Assembly (NCBI GenBank): GCA_963663165.1
Contig: OY760175.1
Location: forward strand, 1,696,001 to 1,760,000
Source: an uncultured Desulfospira sp.
GTDB lineage: Bacteria > Desulfobacterota > Desulfobacteria > Desulfobacterales > Desulfobacteraceae
Length of the DNA: 64,000 bases
Direction: 5' to 3'
Both the position numbers and the translations under genes were made by a program. A model generated the notes under the pieces. The model did no database searches. It worked only from the letters and a program-made list of their open reading frames with translations, and was not told the DNA's origin. Each line of letters begins with the position of its first letter. The first letter of the stretch is position 1. This document shows, one piece after another, positions 30,476 to 40,371 of the stretch.

Positions 30476-33400
30476 TCAAGACGGTTTAAGTTTATGAATC
30501 ACCCTTGCAAATTCACTGCTGGACCACCCCTGGGCATCACATCCCCTGGGGGTATGGGGAAAATCCCCGTCCAGGATCTCGGGGATGTACCCGGCAGATC
30601 CGGTCCGCATCAAATCTGCCACACTGCCAAGCCAGGCCAGGCAGGTGGCATAGCTCTTCTGGCCGAAGACATGGGCCCAGGCTTCACAAAAGACCGGAAA
30701 GGGCCAGGTCCAGGCCGTGCCGTTGTGATAGGCCGGCTTTCGTTTTGTATCCTCGTCCCCCTGGTAGGTTCCGGCGTAGGGCCGATGGGGGTCGTTTAGC
30801 AACTGGTCATTATAGAAGATATGCAGGCCGGTTTCAAGGGGGCGGTCCGAAAGACTTCGAATGCCGCCGGGCACCAGAAGATCCATGCAGGTTTCAAGGC
30901 AGACACAGGCTTTTTTCGGGTCATCCACCACCCCGAAGGGGATTAGAAACAGCTGGTTGGGCCGCAGGGCATCGTCAGGCCTGGCATTTTGGGCGCCCAC
31001 AGGCCCGTCCCCATGAAGGCAGTCAGAAAAATACCCCTTGTCCTGCAGATAAAACAGATCGTTAACCGATGTCCTGACCTGCCTTGCCCGGTCAGCCCAT
31101 ATGGCTTCATCCGGCCCTGGGATATGGGCAAGAAAGCTTAAGGCATGGTGCCACAGGCCCTGGATCTCCACGGGATACCCCTGCCTGGGGCTGCCGGCCG
31201 GATAGTTGGTGTCCATCCAGGTAAAGTGGGAGGGGCTGTACAACAAAAGGGTGTCGGGATCAGCCTTGACCCCGGTCGGGGTGCCTTCCATCATGGACCC
31301 TGCCATGGAAAAAAGGATCTCCTTAATGGTTCGTTTGGACAGTTTTTCATCCAGGAAAGCCAGACTGCCCTCTTTATCACAAAGCTCTTTGCAGCAGGTG
31401 AAAAACCATAAAGGGGCATCCGAGGTCTCAATGTTGCCGGCGTCTTTTCCCCGAATCATATTGGGCAGGGTGCCCTTGTTTTCAAACCGGCCGAACAGTT
31501 TTAAGACAGCCCGGGCATCTTCAAGCCTTCCAAGCTCAATAAGCCCCCGGCAGAAGATCAGGCTGTCCCGGCCCCAGTCCAGGAACCAGGGGTACCCGGC
31601 AATCACGCTTTTATCCTTGTCCCGGTCTACCAGAAAGGCGTCCATGCTGTCATAAACAGCCTGTTCCAGGGGAAGGGTTTCAGGGAAATCCCCTTTGACC
31701 TTAACCGTTTTTTTAGCTTTTAACTGCTGTTCATTCTCCCCTACCCGGCCCCAGAGACTGACGGTTCCCCCTCCCAGGCATTCGGCGATAAAATACCCCG
31801 GGGAAAACAGGTCCGAATCCGGGTCAAGCCCCCGTTGGGCTTCCAGGGGCCGGTACACCATATAATGCCATTCAGGTTCCGTAAAATATTGGCCCGAAGA
31901 GATATCCAGCCGGAAGGTCTGTCCCCTTGACAGGGAAAAATCAAAACCGGTTTCAAAGGCTAAAACCGCCCGGGGCCAGTCATTTTCCGGCCCGGTAAAG
32001 GCCTTGACCGGCTCGTGGAAGCTTCTGTCTTCAATATCCGGCCTGAAAATCAGGGACACGGGCCGGTCATCTTCTAAAAATCCGGCCCTCTTTTTGGCCT
32101 TTTTCCGCTCAACGGACAAAGTCACGGCATTGGTGTTCCGGTCCAGGGTCAACTTAAGATTAAGCACATAATACTTGCCCTGGGACGTGGGCACATGAAA
32201 CCGCCACTGGCCGCCCTGGGAATGGGAAAAGACAAACCGGTCCAGGCAGTCCGGGGCAAGTTCCCGGGAATACCCCTGGAAAACCGCCCAGATCCGGCAC
32301 CGTGAAAATACCATCCACCGGTCTTCAGGGGTGGTGGCAGACAGGTTGGCCGAAAGCAGGGCATCATACCGGCTGTAAAGTTCGGGCCAGCAGACCGCCG
32401 CGCGCATCATCCCGCCATGGCGGGTGGTGCCCAGCAATTTTAAAAAACCGCTTTTAATAATTTCCTTTCGGGTAAAGGCGTAGTTCATGACAAGCTTGTC
32501 AAAGGGAGCCAAGAACATCAGGCCGATCCGTTCCACCCGGGTGGGCTGTCCTTGAAAAATTCTTAAATCCAGGAAACAGTCCTGGGGAACCTCTTTGACG
32601 GCCATGGGATGGAACAGGGCAAAAAAAGCCGTCCCATCCTCCCGGGACAAGGATTCCCGGTATCCCACAGATTTTTTGTCATTTCCGGTTTCATCCATAA
32701 TCCAGGCCCGGAACGGATAAGGGCTTACAATCAGAAAAAAGAACCCGGGCGGGATCATGACCTTCCGGTGCAGATCCTTTTGTGTATCAAGCACAATGAC
32801 CCGGCTCTCTTTTGCGTCCGGGTACAGGGAGCGGATGAACTGCCGGGGGTTCTGACCCAAGGCGCCGGCCTGTTTTTCAAGGTCAAGCCCTGACACATCC
32901 TTATACCCGTGAACCGCGACAAAGGCCCTGAGGGCCTCGGCCTTAAGCCGCTGGTGCCGGGCCGCCAGGGGCTGGCCCGCCCCTGAGGTCCCGTTCACAA
33001 GCGCAAGATCCGCCTGGCGTGACGTTAAGGCCAGGACCTGTCCGGGGGAGAGGTCTGTTTCAAGGCGGTCACCGGCCTGGCCCAGGGTCACCTGGTCCCC
33101 GGTCAGCAGATCAAAAAAATCAGGGCCGGACCCCAGGCAGGGCTGTGCCGGGAAAACCGCCCTTGAAGGCCGGTCACAGTCCAGGTTGACCAGGATCACC
33201 AGGGCGGCATCCTTTAATTTGTTCTGCCGGAGAAGGACCAGGCACTGGTCATGATTTTCCTGGATCAGGGACAGATCAGTCCCGGCAAAAAAGGCCGGGT
33301 GGACGGCCAGAATCCGGTTGATGCGCGAGATCCGGTCCACCTGGTTGACCGGACTGCCCCAGTTCAGGCTCCGGGATTCATGGACATCAATCTTTTCTTT

Positions 33401-34768
33401 GGCAAACCATTCCACCCCGTTGGCAAAGCCGAACCCGCCATTGACGCTGAACAGGGCGCAAAGGGCGGTTCTCATGGCCGCATAGGTTTCAGACCGGGCG
33501 GCCAGGCGGTTGTTGTCATGGGTTTCGGCAAAATGAATGGTATGGCCACAGGTTCTTGAAATATCAAAGGCTGAAGGCAGATAGCCGGAAATCTCTTCTC
33601 TGGAATAGTTTTGAAACAGTTCGGAATAGGCCCAGTTGAAATTGGCCCGGGACAAAATATCCCGGGTGACGGCCACGGGGCCGCCAAGGCCTTCAAGGAA
33701 AAACAGGGTGCCGGGATACTGGCGCCTTACCTTGGCCACGATATACTCCCAGGCCTCCACGGGAATCATGTACCCGGCATCGCACCTGAACCCGTCCACC
33801 CCCCGCTTGCACCAATGAAGAAAAATATCCGCGATATAGGTCCAAAGCCCGGGCCGGGTATAATCCAGGCTGGTGAGATCCGCCCAGACCACCCCCCATG
33901 CCCCGGGGTTCTGAATTTTCTTATCCTCTCCCCTGACCAGCCACTCGGGATGGGTCTCATGGATGGCGGCGGCCCAGCCGGTATGGTTTACGGCAATGTC
34001 CATGAACAGGTAACCGTTACAGGCATGAACCCGGTCCGTTAATTCCATGAACTGGTCCAAAGGCGTTGCGGCCGGGTCAAACCGGGCCAGGGCCGGGTCC
34101 ACCTGGGTAAAGTTCAAGGCCGCATAGGGGCTGCCGAACCGGCCCATCCGGGCATAGGTGGTGGGGGTGGGATGGATGGGCAGCAGCAGCAGGGCACGAC
34201 ACCCGAGCTCATCAAAAATAAAGGGGACCTGCTCGGCCAGATCCCTGAACTTTCCGGATTCCGGAATCACCGTATACCCTTTTTCATCCAACATGGAAAC
34301 GGCCTGGTCCCTGGCCGGATCATCCACGGGCCGTTCCTTTGTCGCGCCGAACTGCCGGACAAAGGCATTGTAGATAATGTTGGCGCAGCAGGTTCCGGCA
34401 GGCTCCACACTGATACAGATATTGTCCCCGCCCGGCCAGACCGGCACGGTATCGTTTTCAGGCAGAAAATAACATTTGGCCTGGAAAAACCCGGTTTCGT
34501 GAAGGGGCAGAACAATGTTGAACCCTTCTTTTACCGAACCTTTCATAGGGATGTCATACCAGGCCTCATCCAGCTTGATTTCATCTTTTTCCACCCGGTT
34601 GATGATCTCGTTCCTGGCAACGGCCACGGCACCGAAGTTGGTCCGGACAAAGGCCGTGCCCTTACCCTTGCCTTGAACATCAAGGGACAGGGTAAGGGTA
34701 TCGCCGGCGTACATGACAAGGGACTGCCCCGGTAAAGGGGACTGAATGACAGCTGTTGGATGGTTCAT
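30476..34768 (-). CDS. Large glycogen debranching enzyme (GH13 glucanotransferase-like domain plus amylo-alpha-1,6-glucosidase domain)
   Basis: N-terminal GH13 motifs (GSPYA, NHTGW, DGFRCDAG, ETHDN) and C-terminal AGYPWFLDWGRD, FTWMD, LRPNQ, YHNGTAW, GCDAQGWS. Confidence 0.88.
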   Translation of the reverse strand: MNHPTAVIQSPLPGQSLVMYAGDTLTLSLDVQGKGKGTAFVRTNFGAVAVARNEIINRVEKDEIKLDEAWYDIPMKGSVKEGFNIVLPLHETGFFQAKCYFLPENDTVPVWPGGDNICISVEPAGTCCANIIYNAFVRQFGATKERPVDDPARDQAVSMLDEKGYTVIPESGKFRDLAEQVPFIFDELGCRALLLLPIHPTPTTYARMGRFGSPYAALNFTQVDPALARFDPAATPLDQFMELTDRVHACNGYLFMDIAVNHTGWAAAIHETHPEWLVRGEDKKIQNPGAWGVVWADLTSLDYTRPGLWTYIADIFLHWCKRGVDGFRCDAGYMIPVEAWEYIVAKVRRQYPGTLFFLEGLGGPVAVTRDILSRANFNWAYSELFQNYSREEISGYLPSAFDISRTCGHTIHFAETHDNNRLAARSETYAAMRTALCALFSVNGGFGFANGVEWFAKEKIDVHESRSLNWGSPVNQVDRISRINRILAVHPAFFAGTDLSLIQENHDQCLVLLRQNKLKDAALVILVNLDCDRPSRAVFPAQPCLGSGPDFFDLLTGDQVTLGQAGDRLETDLSPGQVLALTSRQADLALVNGTSGAGQPLAARHQRLKAEALRAFVAVHGYKDVSGLDLEKQAGALGQNPRQFIRSLYPDAKESRVIVLDTQKDLHRKVMIPPGFFFLIVSPYPFRAWIMDETGNDKKSVGYRESLSREDGTAFFALFHPMAVKEVPQDCFLDLRIFQGQPTRVERIGLMFLAPFDKLVMNYAFTRKEIIKSGFLKLLGTTRHGGMMRAAVCWPELYSRYDALLSANLSATTPEDRWMVFSRCRIWAVFQGYSRELAPDCLDRFVFSHSQGGQWRFHVPTSQGKYYVLNLKLTLDRNTNAVTLSVERKKAKKRAGFLEDDRPVSLIFRPDIEDRSFHEPVKAFTGPENDWPRAVLAFETGFDFSLSRGQTFRLDISSGQYFTEPEWHYMVYRPLEAQRGLDPDSDLFSPGYFIAECLGGGTVSLWGRVGENEQQLKAKKTVKVKGDFPETLPLEQAVYDSMDAFLVDRDKDKSVIAGYPWFLDWGRDSLIFCRGLIELGRLEDARAVLKLFGRFENKGTLPNMIRGKDAGNIETSDAPLWFFTCCKELCDKEGSLAFLDEKLSKRTIKEILFSMAGSMMEGTPTGVKADPDTLLLYSPSHFTWMDTNYPAGSPRQGYPVEIQGLWHHALSFLAHIPGPDEAIWADRARQVRTSVNDLFYLQDKGYFSDCLHGDGPVGAQNARPDDALRPNQLFLIPFGVVDDPKKACVCLETCMDLLVPGGIRSLSDRPLETGLHIFYNDQLLNDPHRPYAGTYQGDEDTKRKPAYHNGTAWTWPFPVFCEAWAHVFGQKSYATCLAWLGSVADLMRTGSAGYIPEILDGDFPHTPRGCDAQGWSSSEFARVIHKLKPS

Positions 34769-34864
34769 GGGCTTTTTGCGAACCTCCTTAATGTGAAAGG
34801 ATGAAGGATGAAGGCTAAAGGATGAAAAAAAATGATCCGATACACCTCATCGTTTTCAATACAC

Positions 34865-35170
34865 CTATTTTGAGTCTTTGGGCCTGCCTGGTTTTGAAGG
34901 TGCCGGTTTGGGGACGGCTTTTGGAAAAATGTCTTCCAGGTTCAGGCCCTTGATTTTTTTTAAGCAGTCTTCCAGGGCCTGTTGCTCGCTGTCCCCGGCG
35001 CCCTGGTGTTCAGGCCTTGCCACAATATTGACCAGGTTGGGCACGGCAATGTACGCCCCAGCCAGTTTTCCCTGAATTTTCTGATGAACATCAATATAAA
35101 TCATCCGGCCGTTACGAATCAGATTGTACCGGACCACCCGGGTCAGAATATCATTTACGTGCAGATCCAT
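34865..35170 (-). CDS. Hypothetical protein
   Basis: 101-aa ORF with an AGGG RBS and protein-like composition, co-oriented with the glycogen operon. Confidence 0.65.
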   Translation of the reverse strand: MDLHVNDILTRVVRYNLIRNGRMIYIDVHQKIQGKLAGAYIAVPNLVNIVARPEHQGAGDSEQQALEDCLKKIKGLNLEDIFPKAVPKPAPSKPGRPKDSK

Positions 35171-35369
35171 GTCAGATTTTCCCTATGATGATGAAGTGCT
35201 TAAAATTTTTAAATAATTTTACCATTAATTTTTATTCCAGGCAATGGCCGGCCCGGATATTCTCATCACCATCTAACATAGTGCGGCAGATCAGCCGGCA
35301 AAGCCGCTGCCAAACCATATGTTCCCTGCCGGCAAACACCACCTTCCAGGCGCTTGATGGTCATGGCCG

Positions 35370-35569
35370 TTTATATGAAAGTCTCACTAACAAGCTGAAA
35401 AGACTTTTATTTTTCGTTGTGGGCGGTGCTTGGTTGGATAACCAAGGCGGCCCGTGGCCGTTATATGAAAGAATCTGCAGCCTGCTGTAATTCTTTCATG
35501 ATTTGTTGTGGGCCGAACCGGATTAACAATCCAATCGGCCCATGGCCGTTAGTGAGACTTTCATATAAA
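35370..35569. repeat. 200-bp MITE-like element with 22-bp perfect terminal inverted repeats. Contains copy 1 (35429-35569) of a 141-bp direct repeat
   Basis: TTTATATGAAAGTCTCACTAAC (35370-35391) is the reverse complement of GTTAGTGAGACTTTCATATAAA (35548-35569). Confidence 0.7.
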
Positions 35570-35867
35570 AAATTTTGCGTCATCTTAGGCTTTGGGATAT
35601 CCGTAACCATGATCCGCCGCAACCTGTTACTTCCGACTCTATCCCTGATTTGGTTTATGTGTGACCTTCGGGTTATGACTTTTCTGACTCCCAAATCCCG
35701 GCCAGCGGCTTTCATTAATTCCAGCGTTTTGGGGGATTTCCGGTGAGGTATGCTCAAAATTAGCCAAAAAAATAGCTATTCCAGCCCTTTTCTAATGAAT
35801 TCGGTCCGATTTTATAATGTACTCTATTTGGGATTGTTTTTATCTCAACGGCCTTTCTGATGCCGAA

Positions 35868-35915
35868 GCCCCAGCCGGGCACAGCCACAACATGATGGCC
35901 GTGCCCGGCTGGGGC
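35868..35915. repeat. GC-rich hairpin downstream of the TA operon
   Basis: GCCCCAGCCGGGCAC...GTGCCCGGCTGGGGC perfect arms. Confidence 0.65.
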
Positions 35916-36048
35916 CATATTTCAAACTTAATCATCTTTGTCAAACGTTGGTCATCCTTTGCTTGACAAAAAGCGTCTTCCTATCCTACACCAGTTTATC
36001 CGACGCATTTTCTGGTTGGGATCATGTTCCCCAATAAATCATTATCCA

Positions 36049-36348
36049 TCATAATTTCAGCAACTTTGCACCATGAAATATTCGCAGAATATATACTGTT
36101 TTTTCAGCGATTCGATAAACTACCCGATATCTTTTATATATCAGATGGCGGTAGTTGGTTCCGAAGAATTCATTTTCCGGTATGAATGGGTTGCGGTCTG
36201 GAAATGTCTCAAGAGAATATACCTTTTCCTCCAATTGCAAAATAAAATGCCTTGCATTGTTGAAGCTGTCGTCTGCAATATAATAATAGATTTTTTCCAA
36301 ATCATTTTGCGCTTCCTGGGTCAATCTAACCTGATATTTCTTTATCAC
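36049..36348 (-). CDS. RelE/ParE family toxin
   Basis: YQVRLTQEAQNDLEKIYYYI...YRVVYRI...ILRIFHG. Overlaps the antitoxin stop. Confidence 0.9.
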   Translation of the reverse strand: MIKKYQVRLTQEAQNDLEKIYYYIADDSFNNARHFILQLEEKVYSLETFPDRNPFIPENEFFGTNYRHLIYKRYRVVYRIAEKTVYILRIFHGAKLLKL

Positions 36349-36610
36349 GTTTAAATTCCTCGAAAAAGTTCCGCACTTCTTTATATCGCTTGTTTTTTAT
36401 GTCTTCCTCTGCTGACATGAGAAGCTTGAGCAGGTTAAATGCATTTGCAATTTTCTCATATTCATTTGCGCCAAGAAGTACAGCCTCGGCTTTCCCATTC
36501 ACCGTTAGAACAACGGGTCGTTTAGTCTTATTTATTTGTTCAAGCACAGAGTTTGTATTCCTTTTTAAATCTGTAATTGAACGGATATCTTCTGTTATAC
36601 GTAATGTCAT
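36326..36610 (-). CDS. Phd/YefM family antitoxin
   Basis: IRSITDLKRN...RPVVLTVNGKAEAVL. ATG 36610 after GGAGG. Confidence 0.9.
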   Translation of the reverse strand: MTLRITEDIRSITDLKRNTNSVLEQINKTKRPVVLTVNGKAEAVLLGANEYEKIANAFNLLKLLMSAEEDIKNKRYKEVRNFFEEFKRDKEISG

Positions 36611-36663
36611 TAGGCACCCTCCGACCACTTAAAAGATTTAATTTGATGTTTTTACTATGCACT

Positions 36664-36685
36664 ACTTGATGATAATAAATCAAGT
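36664..36685. promoter_or_regulatory. Candidate TA autoregulatory operator
   Basis: ACTTGAT-N8-ATCAAGT inverted repeat just upstream of the antitoxin gene. Confidence 0.4.
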
Positions 36686-36780
36686 TGTTTTAATTAAATC
36701 CATTCTTGAAGGCAAACATCTGCGGCCAGTCCGCAGCATGTTACTTGTTGAAGAAAGTTCCTACATTAATGCTTTCAACT

Positions 36781-36937
36781 AACGGCCACGGGCCGTCTTG
36801 GTTATCCAACCAAGACGGCCCGTGACCGTTGTATAAAAGAATCTGCAAGCTGCTGTAATTCTTTCATGCTTTGTTATGGGCCGGACCGGATTAACAATCC
36901 AATCGGCCCGTGGCCGTTAGTGAGACTTTCATATAAA
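36781..36937. repeat. Copy 2 of the 141-bp direct repeat (36797-36937), overlapping a 50-bp near-perfect palindrome (36781-36830)
   Basis: AACGGCCACGGGCCGTCTTGGTT-ATCC-AACCAAGACGGCCCGTGACCGTT, then AAAGAATCTGCA...GGATTAACAATCCAATCGGCCC...GTTAGTGAGACTTTCATATAAA, matching 35429-35569. Confidence 0.8.
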
Positions 36938-37451
36938 CTTTTCCATGGTTATGTAGTATCATTTTTTTTATCACATGCAGCACATTTTTTTCGAGGCCCT
37001 TATCCTCAATTTTATATCAGGTAGCAGGTAGCAACACATTATAATCGACGATAAGGCTGCTAATCAGCGGCGCGGCGTCTTGAGTTCCGCTGCAAAAGCC
37101 TTGTCCAGCTTTCGATGTTGCGTATCGTATTCTCATGATTGAAAATGGGGGTTTTCTTTCAGACACCCCGCTTGACTGTACCACCATGTGGCATTATCTT
37201 CTCTTTGTTATTGATCGGAAGGATAGCTGGAAGACGGGTAAAGATTTCCTGTCATTCATAGCTGCATGTCATTACAAAGTGGTATTGGGGACATGTTTAT
37301 CCCCCCCCGGGAATGTGCCTCCGGCTTGGTTTAAGAGCATTTATGCCAATGTCCAAGGAGATTTATCGAAAGGGAAAACAATACCATAAGGCAAACTTGG
37401 ACTTCGTATTTGTTGACAATTTCAAATGGTTGAAACGACCAGGGAGGTTGT

Positions 37452-37594
37452 ATGCTTTATCGTAAAATCAAAAAAAATGGGGACGAATTATCGATTCTTG
37501 GATTTGGGTGTATGCATCTGCCGCAGACAAACAAGGGACAGTTCGGCTATGGTTTCGGGAAAATAGATGAAGAGCGGGCGAGAAACCAAATTTA
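37452..37594 (+). pseudogene. 5' fragment of aldo/keto reductase gene interrupted by the IS
   Basis: GGAGG RBS, then [24 protein letters not shown]...DEERARNQI. Joins in frame to the 3' fragment when the IS and one TSD are removed. Confidence 0.88.
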
Positions 37595-37767
37595 CAGTGC
37601 TGACGCATGAAAATTTATAGTCAATGATATCAATGACGCAGCTCGATATCCAAAATTATTTTGTCGCAAAATTTAAATAGACAAAATTTCGGCCTTTTGA
37701 TAATGTAGCATAGGGTACGAATGAGCGCCCCCCCAATCGAGACACTACATTTGAAGAGGAGGATGTC

Positions 37768-38643
37768 GTGATTGTCCAATGTGGCCGGAAAATTAAAGAC
37801 GAAGAGCTTATACAGATTTGCGAGACAGTAGAGACCTTTTCGAATTTGAGTCAGACTGAACTGGCTCATACAATATGCGAACATTTGGGCTGGTATACCG
37901 CTTCTGGTAGGAACAAGGTGGATGCCTGCCGGAAATTGCTTCTGCGACTGGAGTCCCAAGGTCTCATACGGTTGCCTGAAAAAGAGAAACTCGGTCCCAT
38001 AAAGGGCTCTCAACAGAAACTGCCGGTAGCGGACGACAGGACCCAGCCCCAAGATAAGGTAGCGGGCACGCTTTCGGATATCGGGCCGATCGTTGTCAGG
38101 GTCGCACAAGACACGGAAGAACGCTCACTGGTTAATGAATACCTGCACCGTTACCATTATCTTGGCTACAAGCGGCCGTTCGGATGTCATCTGCGTTATT
38201 TGATACAAGCTCAAGAGCGCATATTGGGATGTATGCTGTTCTCAGGGGCGGCCAAGGCGCTGACCCCGAGGGATCGATGGATCGGCTGGAGCACCAACGA
38301 ACGCTTAAGAAACTTGGGATTTGTTGTAAACAATGGACGCTTCCTGATTTTTCCGTGGGTCAAGGTCCGGTATCTGGCAAGTCACGTATTGGGTAAAATT
38401 GTCAGAGATCTGGTGCAAGACTGGGAGCGGAGCTGGGGGTATCGGCCGGCTTTGCTGGAGACCTTTGTCGACCCACAACACTTCGATGGGACGTGCTATC
38501 GGGCGGCCAATTTTAGACACCTTGGCATGACCAGCGGAAAGGGGCTTGTCCGGCAGGGTAGAAGTTACAGGACCAGTCCCAAAAAAATCTTCGTTTATCC
38601 GCTGGTGAATAATTTCCGTCAGGTTTTGAGGCAGATCGGATGA
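37768..38643 (+). CDS. DUF4338 / Druantia DruA-like protein
   Basis: ELAHTICEHLGW, YHYLGY, RDRWIGW, VVNNGRFLIFPWV, LASHVL, LLETFVD, GTCYRAANF, G-TSG-G. Confidence 0.8.
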   Translation: MIVQCGRKIKDEELIQICETVETFSNLSQTELAHTICEHLGWYTASGRNKVDACRKLLLRLESQGLIRLPEKEKLGPIKGSQQKLPVADDRTQPQDKVAGTLSDIGPIVVRVAQDTEERSLVNEYLHRYHYLGYKRPFGCHLRYLIQAQERILGCMLFSGAAKALTPRDRWIGWSTNERLRNLGFVVNNGRFLIFPWVKVRYLASHVLGKIVRDLVQDWERSWGYRPALLETFVDPQHFDGTCYRAANFRHLGMTSGKGLVRQGRSYRTSPKKIFVYPLVNNFRQVLRQIG

Positions 38644-40166
38644 GCAAGCCTATCCGACGCCCCAATCGTGAGGAGATAAAGGCCAAAAGAAAGCAGTTTA
38701 AAAAGGAGCAGAGAAAATTACGTCGGGATGAAGAGGCCAGGGGATTTCAGCCGCCCTCTCATGGCACAATTTCTAACTGCAAATGCCGATATGAAAGTGT
38801 AGAACAGGAGGGGCGCATCCGCAATGAGGCCGTGGCTGAGAAAATGAGTATTTTTCGCGCTAAGCTGCCCATTCTGCTCAAACGTATGGCCAAGATTGAA
38901 GACCCTCGAAACCCTAAGAAGATAAAACACCAAATATCCACACTCATGATCTATGGGATACTGACCTTTGTGTTTCAGATGGCTTCTTGCCGTGAGGCCA
39001 ACAAAGAAATGAGCCGGCCGATGTTCTGGAAGAATCTTCAATATTTTTTCCCGGAGCTTGAAACGCTTCCCCATCATGATACGTTAAAACGCCTATTGTC
39101 TAAGATTGATATCAATCAAATCAAGAAGCTTCATCTCGATCTGGTCAGAGATCTGATCCGGAAAAAGAAATTTCGACGGTACCTGGTCAATGGCTGTTAT
39201 CCGATTGCCATAGATGGTACAGGTAAATTCAAACGCGACTGGCTTTGGGATGAAGAGTGCCTGGAACGTAACATCAAGAAAGAGGATGGCACCAGGAAAC
39301 AGTATCATGTCTATGTTCTGGAAGCTAATCTTGCGTTTTCCGATGGCATGAGCATTCCGCTGATAAGCGAAATCCTGAGCTACACCGAAGGAGATACCGC
39401 TAATGATAAGCAGGACTGCGAACTCAAGGCGTTTTACCGGTTAGCCTCTTGCCTGAAGGCGGCATTTCCCGCCCTAAAAATTATGGTGCTTTTGGATGGG
39501 CTTTATGCCAAGGGCCCCGTGGCAGAAATTTGCCGAACAAACAAATGGCAGTTCATGATTGTACTGAAAGATGACGCTCTACCCAGCGTAATGAATGAAT
39601 TTGAAACGCTTGCCGCACTCGATACAGAAAACTGCCACCAACACACATGGGGCAATAGGAAACAGGTTTTTCGGTGGATCAACGCCATTGACTACCGGTT
39701 TGGTCCGAACGGCAAGAAAAGTCAAATCCTGCACGTTGTTGAATGCAAAGAGAGCTGGAAAGAGGTTAGCCGGGAAAGCGGTCAACCGGAAAAGAAAAAT
39801 AGTCGTCATGTGTGGTTGTCCAGCGAACCTTTGGACAGATTTAATCTTCACGAACGATGCAACATAGCCGCCCGTTCCCGTTGGTGTATTGAAACCGGTA
39901 TTCTCGTTGAGAAACATCATGGATATGAGTACGAGCACTGTTTTTCGTATGATTGGAACGTCATGAAGGGGTATCATGCCTTGATGCGCCTGGGCCATAT
40001 GTTTAACGTTTTGGCCAGATACTCGCAGCGGCTTGCCAGGATTATTGAAGATACCGGCGCACGGGGCCTGATTCGTTTAGTCCGGGATACCATGTCCGGC
40101 CCGTGGCTGGATTACATGTGGCTGGAAGATCGTCTGTCCACTCCCTTTCAACTCCGATTAGTATGA
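38640..40166 (+). CDS. DDE transposase
   Basis: IEDPRNPKKIKH, LPHHDTL, IAIDGT, KQDCELKAF, LLDGLYA, ARSRWCIE. Lies within TIRs. Confidence 0.88.
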   Translation: MSKPIRRPNREEIKAKRKQFKKEQRKLRRDEEARGFQPPSHGTISNCKCRYESVEQEGRIRNEAVAEKMSIFRAKLPILLKRMAKIEDPRNPKKIKHQISTLMIYGILTFVFQMASCREANKEMSRPMFWKNLQYFFPELETLPHHDTLKRLLSKIDINQIKKLHLDLVRDLIRKKKFRRYLVNGCYPIAIDGTGKFKRDWLWDEECLERNIKKEDGTRKQYHVYVLEANLAFSDGMSIPLISEILSYTEGDTANDKQDCELKAFYRLASCLKAAFPALKIMVLLDGLYAKGPVAEICRTNKWQFMIVLKDDALPSVMNEFETLAALDTENCHQHTWGNRKQVFRWINAIDYRFGPNGKKSQILHVVECKESWKEVSRESGQPEKKNSRHVWLSSEPLDRFNLHERCNIAARSRWCIETGILVEKHHGYEYEHCFSYDWNVMKGYHALMRLGHMFNVLARYSQRLARIIEDTGARGLIRLVRDTMSGPWLDYMWLEDRLSTPFQLRLV

Positions 40167-40371
40167 CGGCAACGACGGACGGGTAATCGAAAACACTCTC
40201 CCAAGCAGAGAGGTGGGAACGCTATGTTCGGACCGAAGGACCGTCTTTCGTTTCGGCCATAGTCAGTGTCTGAAGGACTGCCTTTTTGAATTAAAAAAGG
40301 CTGGATCTCCCCCCAAAGGGAGTGGTTAGATCGACTAAAGCCAACCTTTTTTTATTCATGCGTCAGCACTG

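Larger units (their letters stand above)
37595..40371 (+). mobile_element. Complete 2,777-bp insertion sequence (DDE transposase, ISAs1/IS4-superfamily-like) with a DUF4338-like passenger gene
   Basis: 17-bp perfect TIRs CAGTGCTGACGCATGAA (37595-37611) and TTCATGCGTCAGCACTG (40355-40371). 9-bp target duplication CCAAATTTA at 37586-37594 and 40372-40380. Confidence 0.93.

Noticed and set aside
35185..35757. Short ORFs over the repeat region
   Set aside because: They overlap palindromic repeats on both strands and show no recognisable domain.
37768..38643. Complete Druantia defence system
   Set aside because: Only the DruA-like gene is present, inside an IS. No DruE helicase or other dru gene is seen.
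40322..40371. Start of an intact aldo/keto reductase at 40322
   Set aside because: This segment is the IS right end. The true N-terminus is at 37452.
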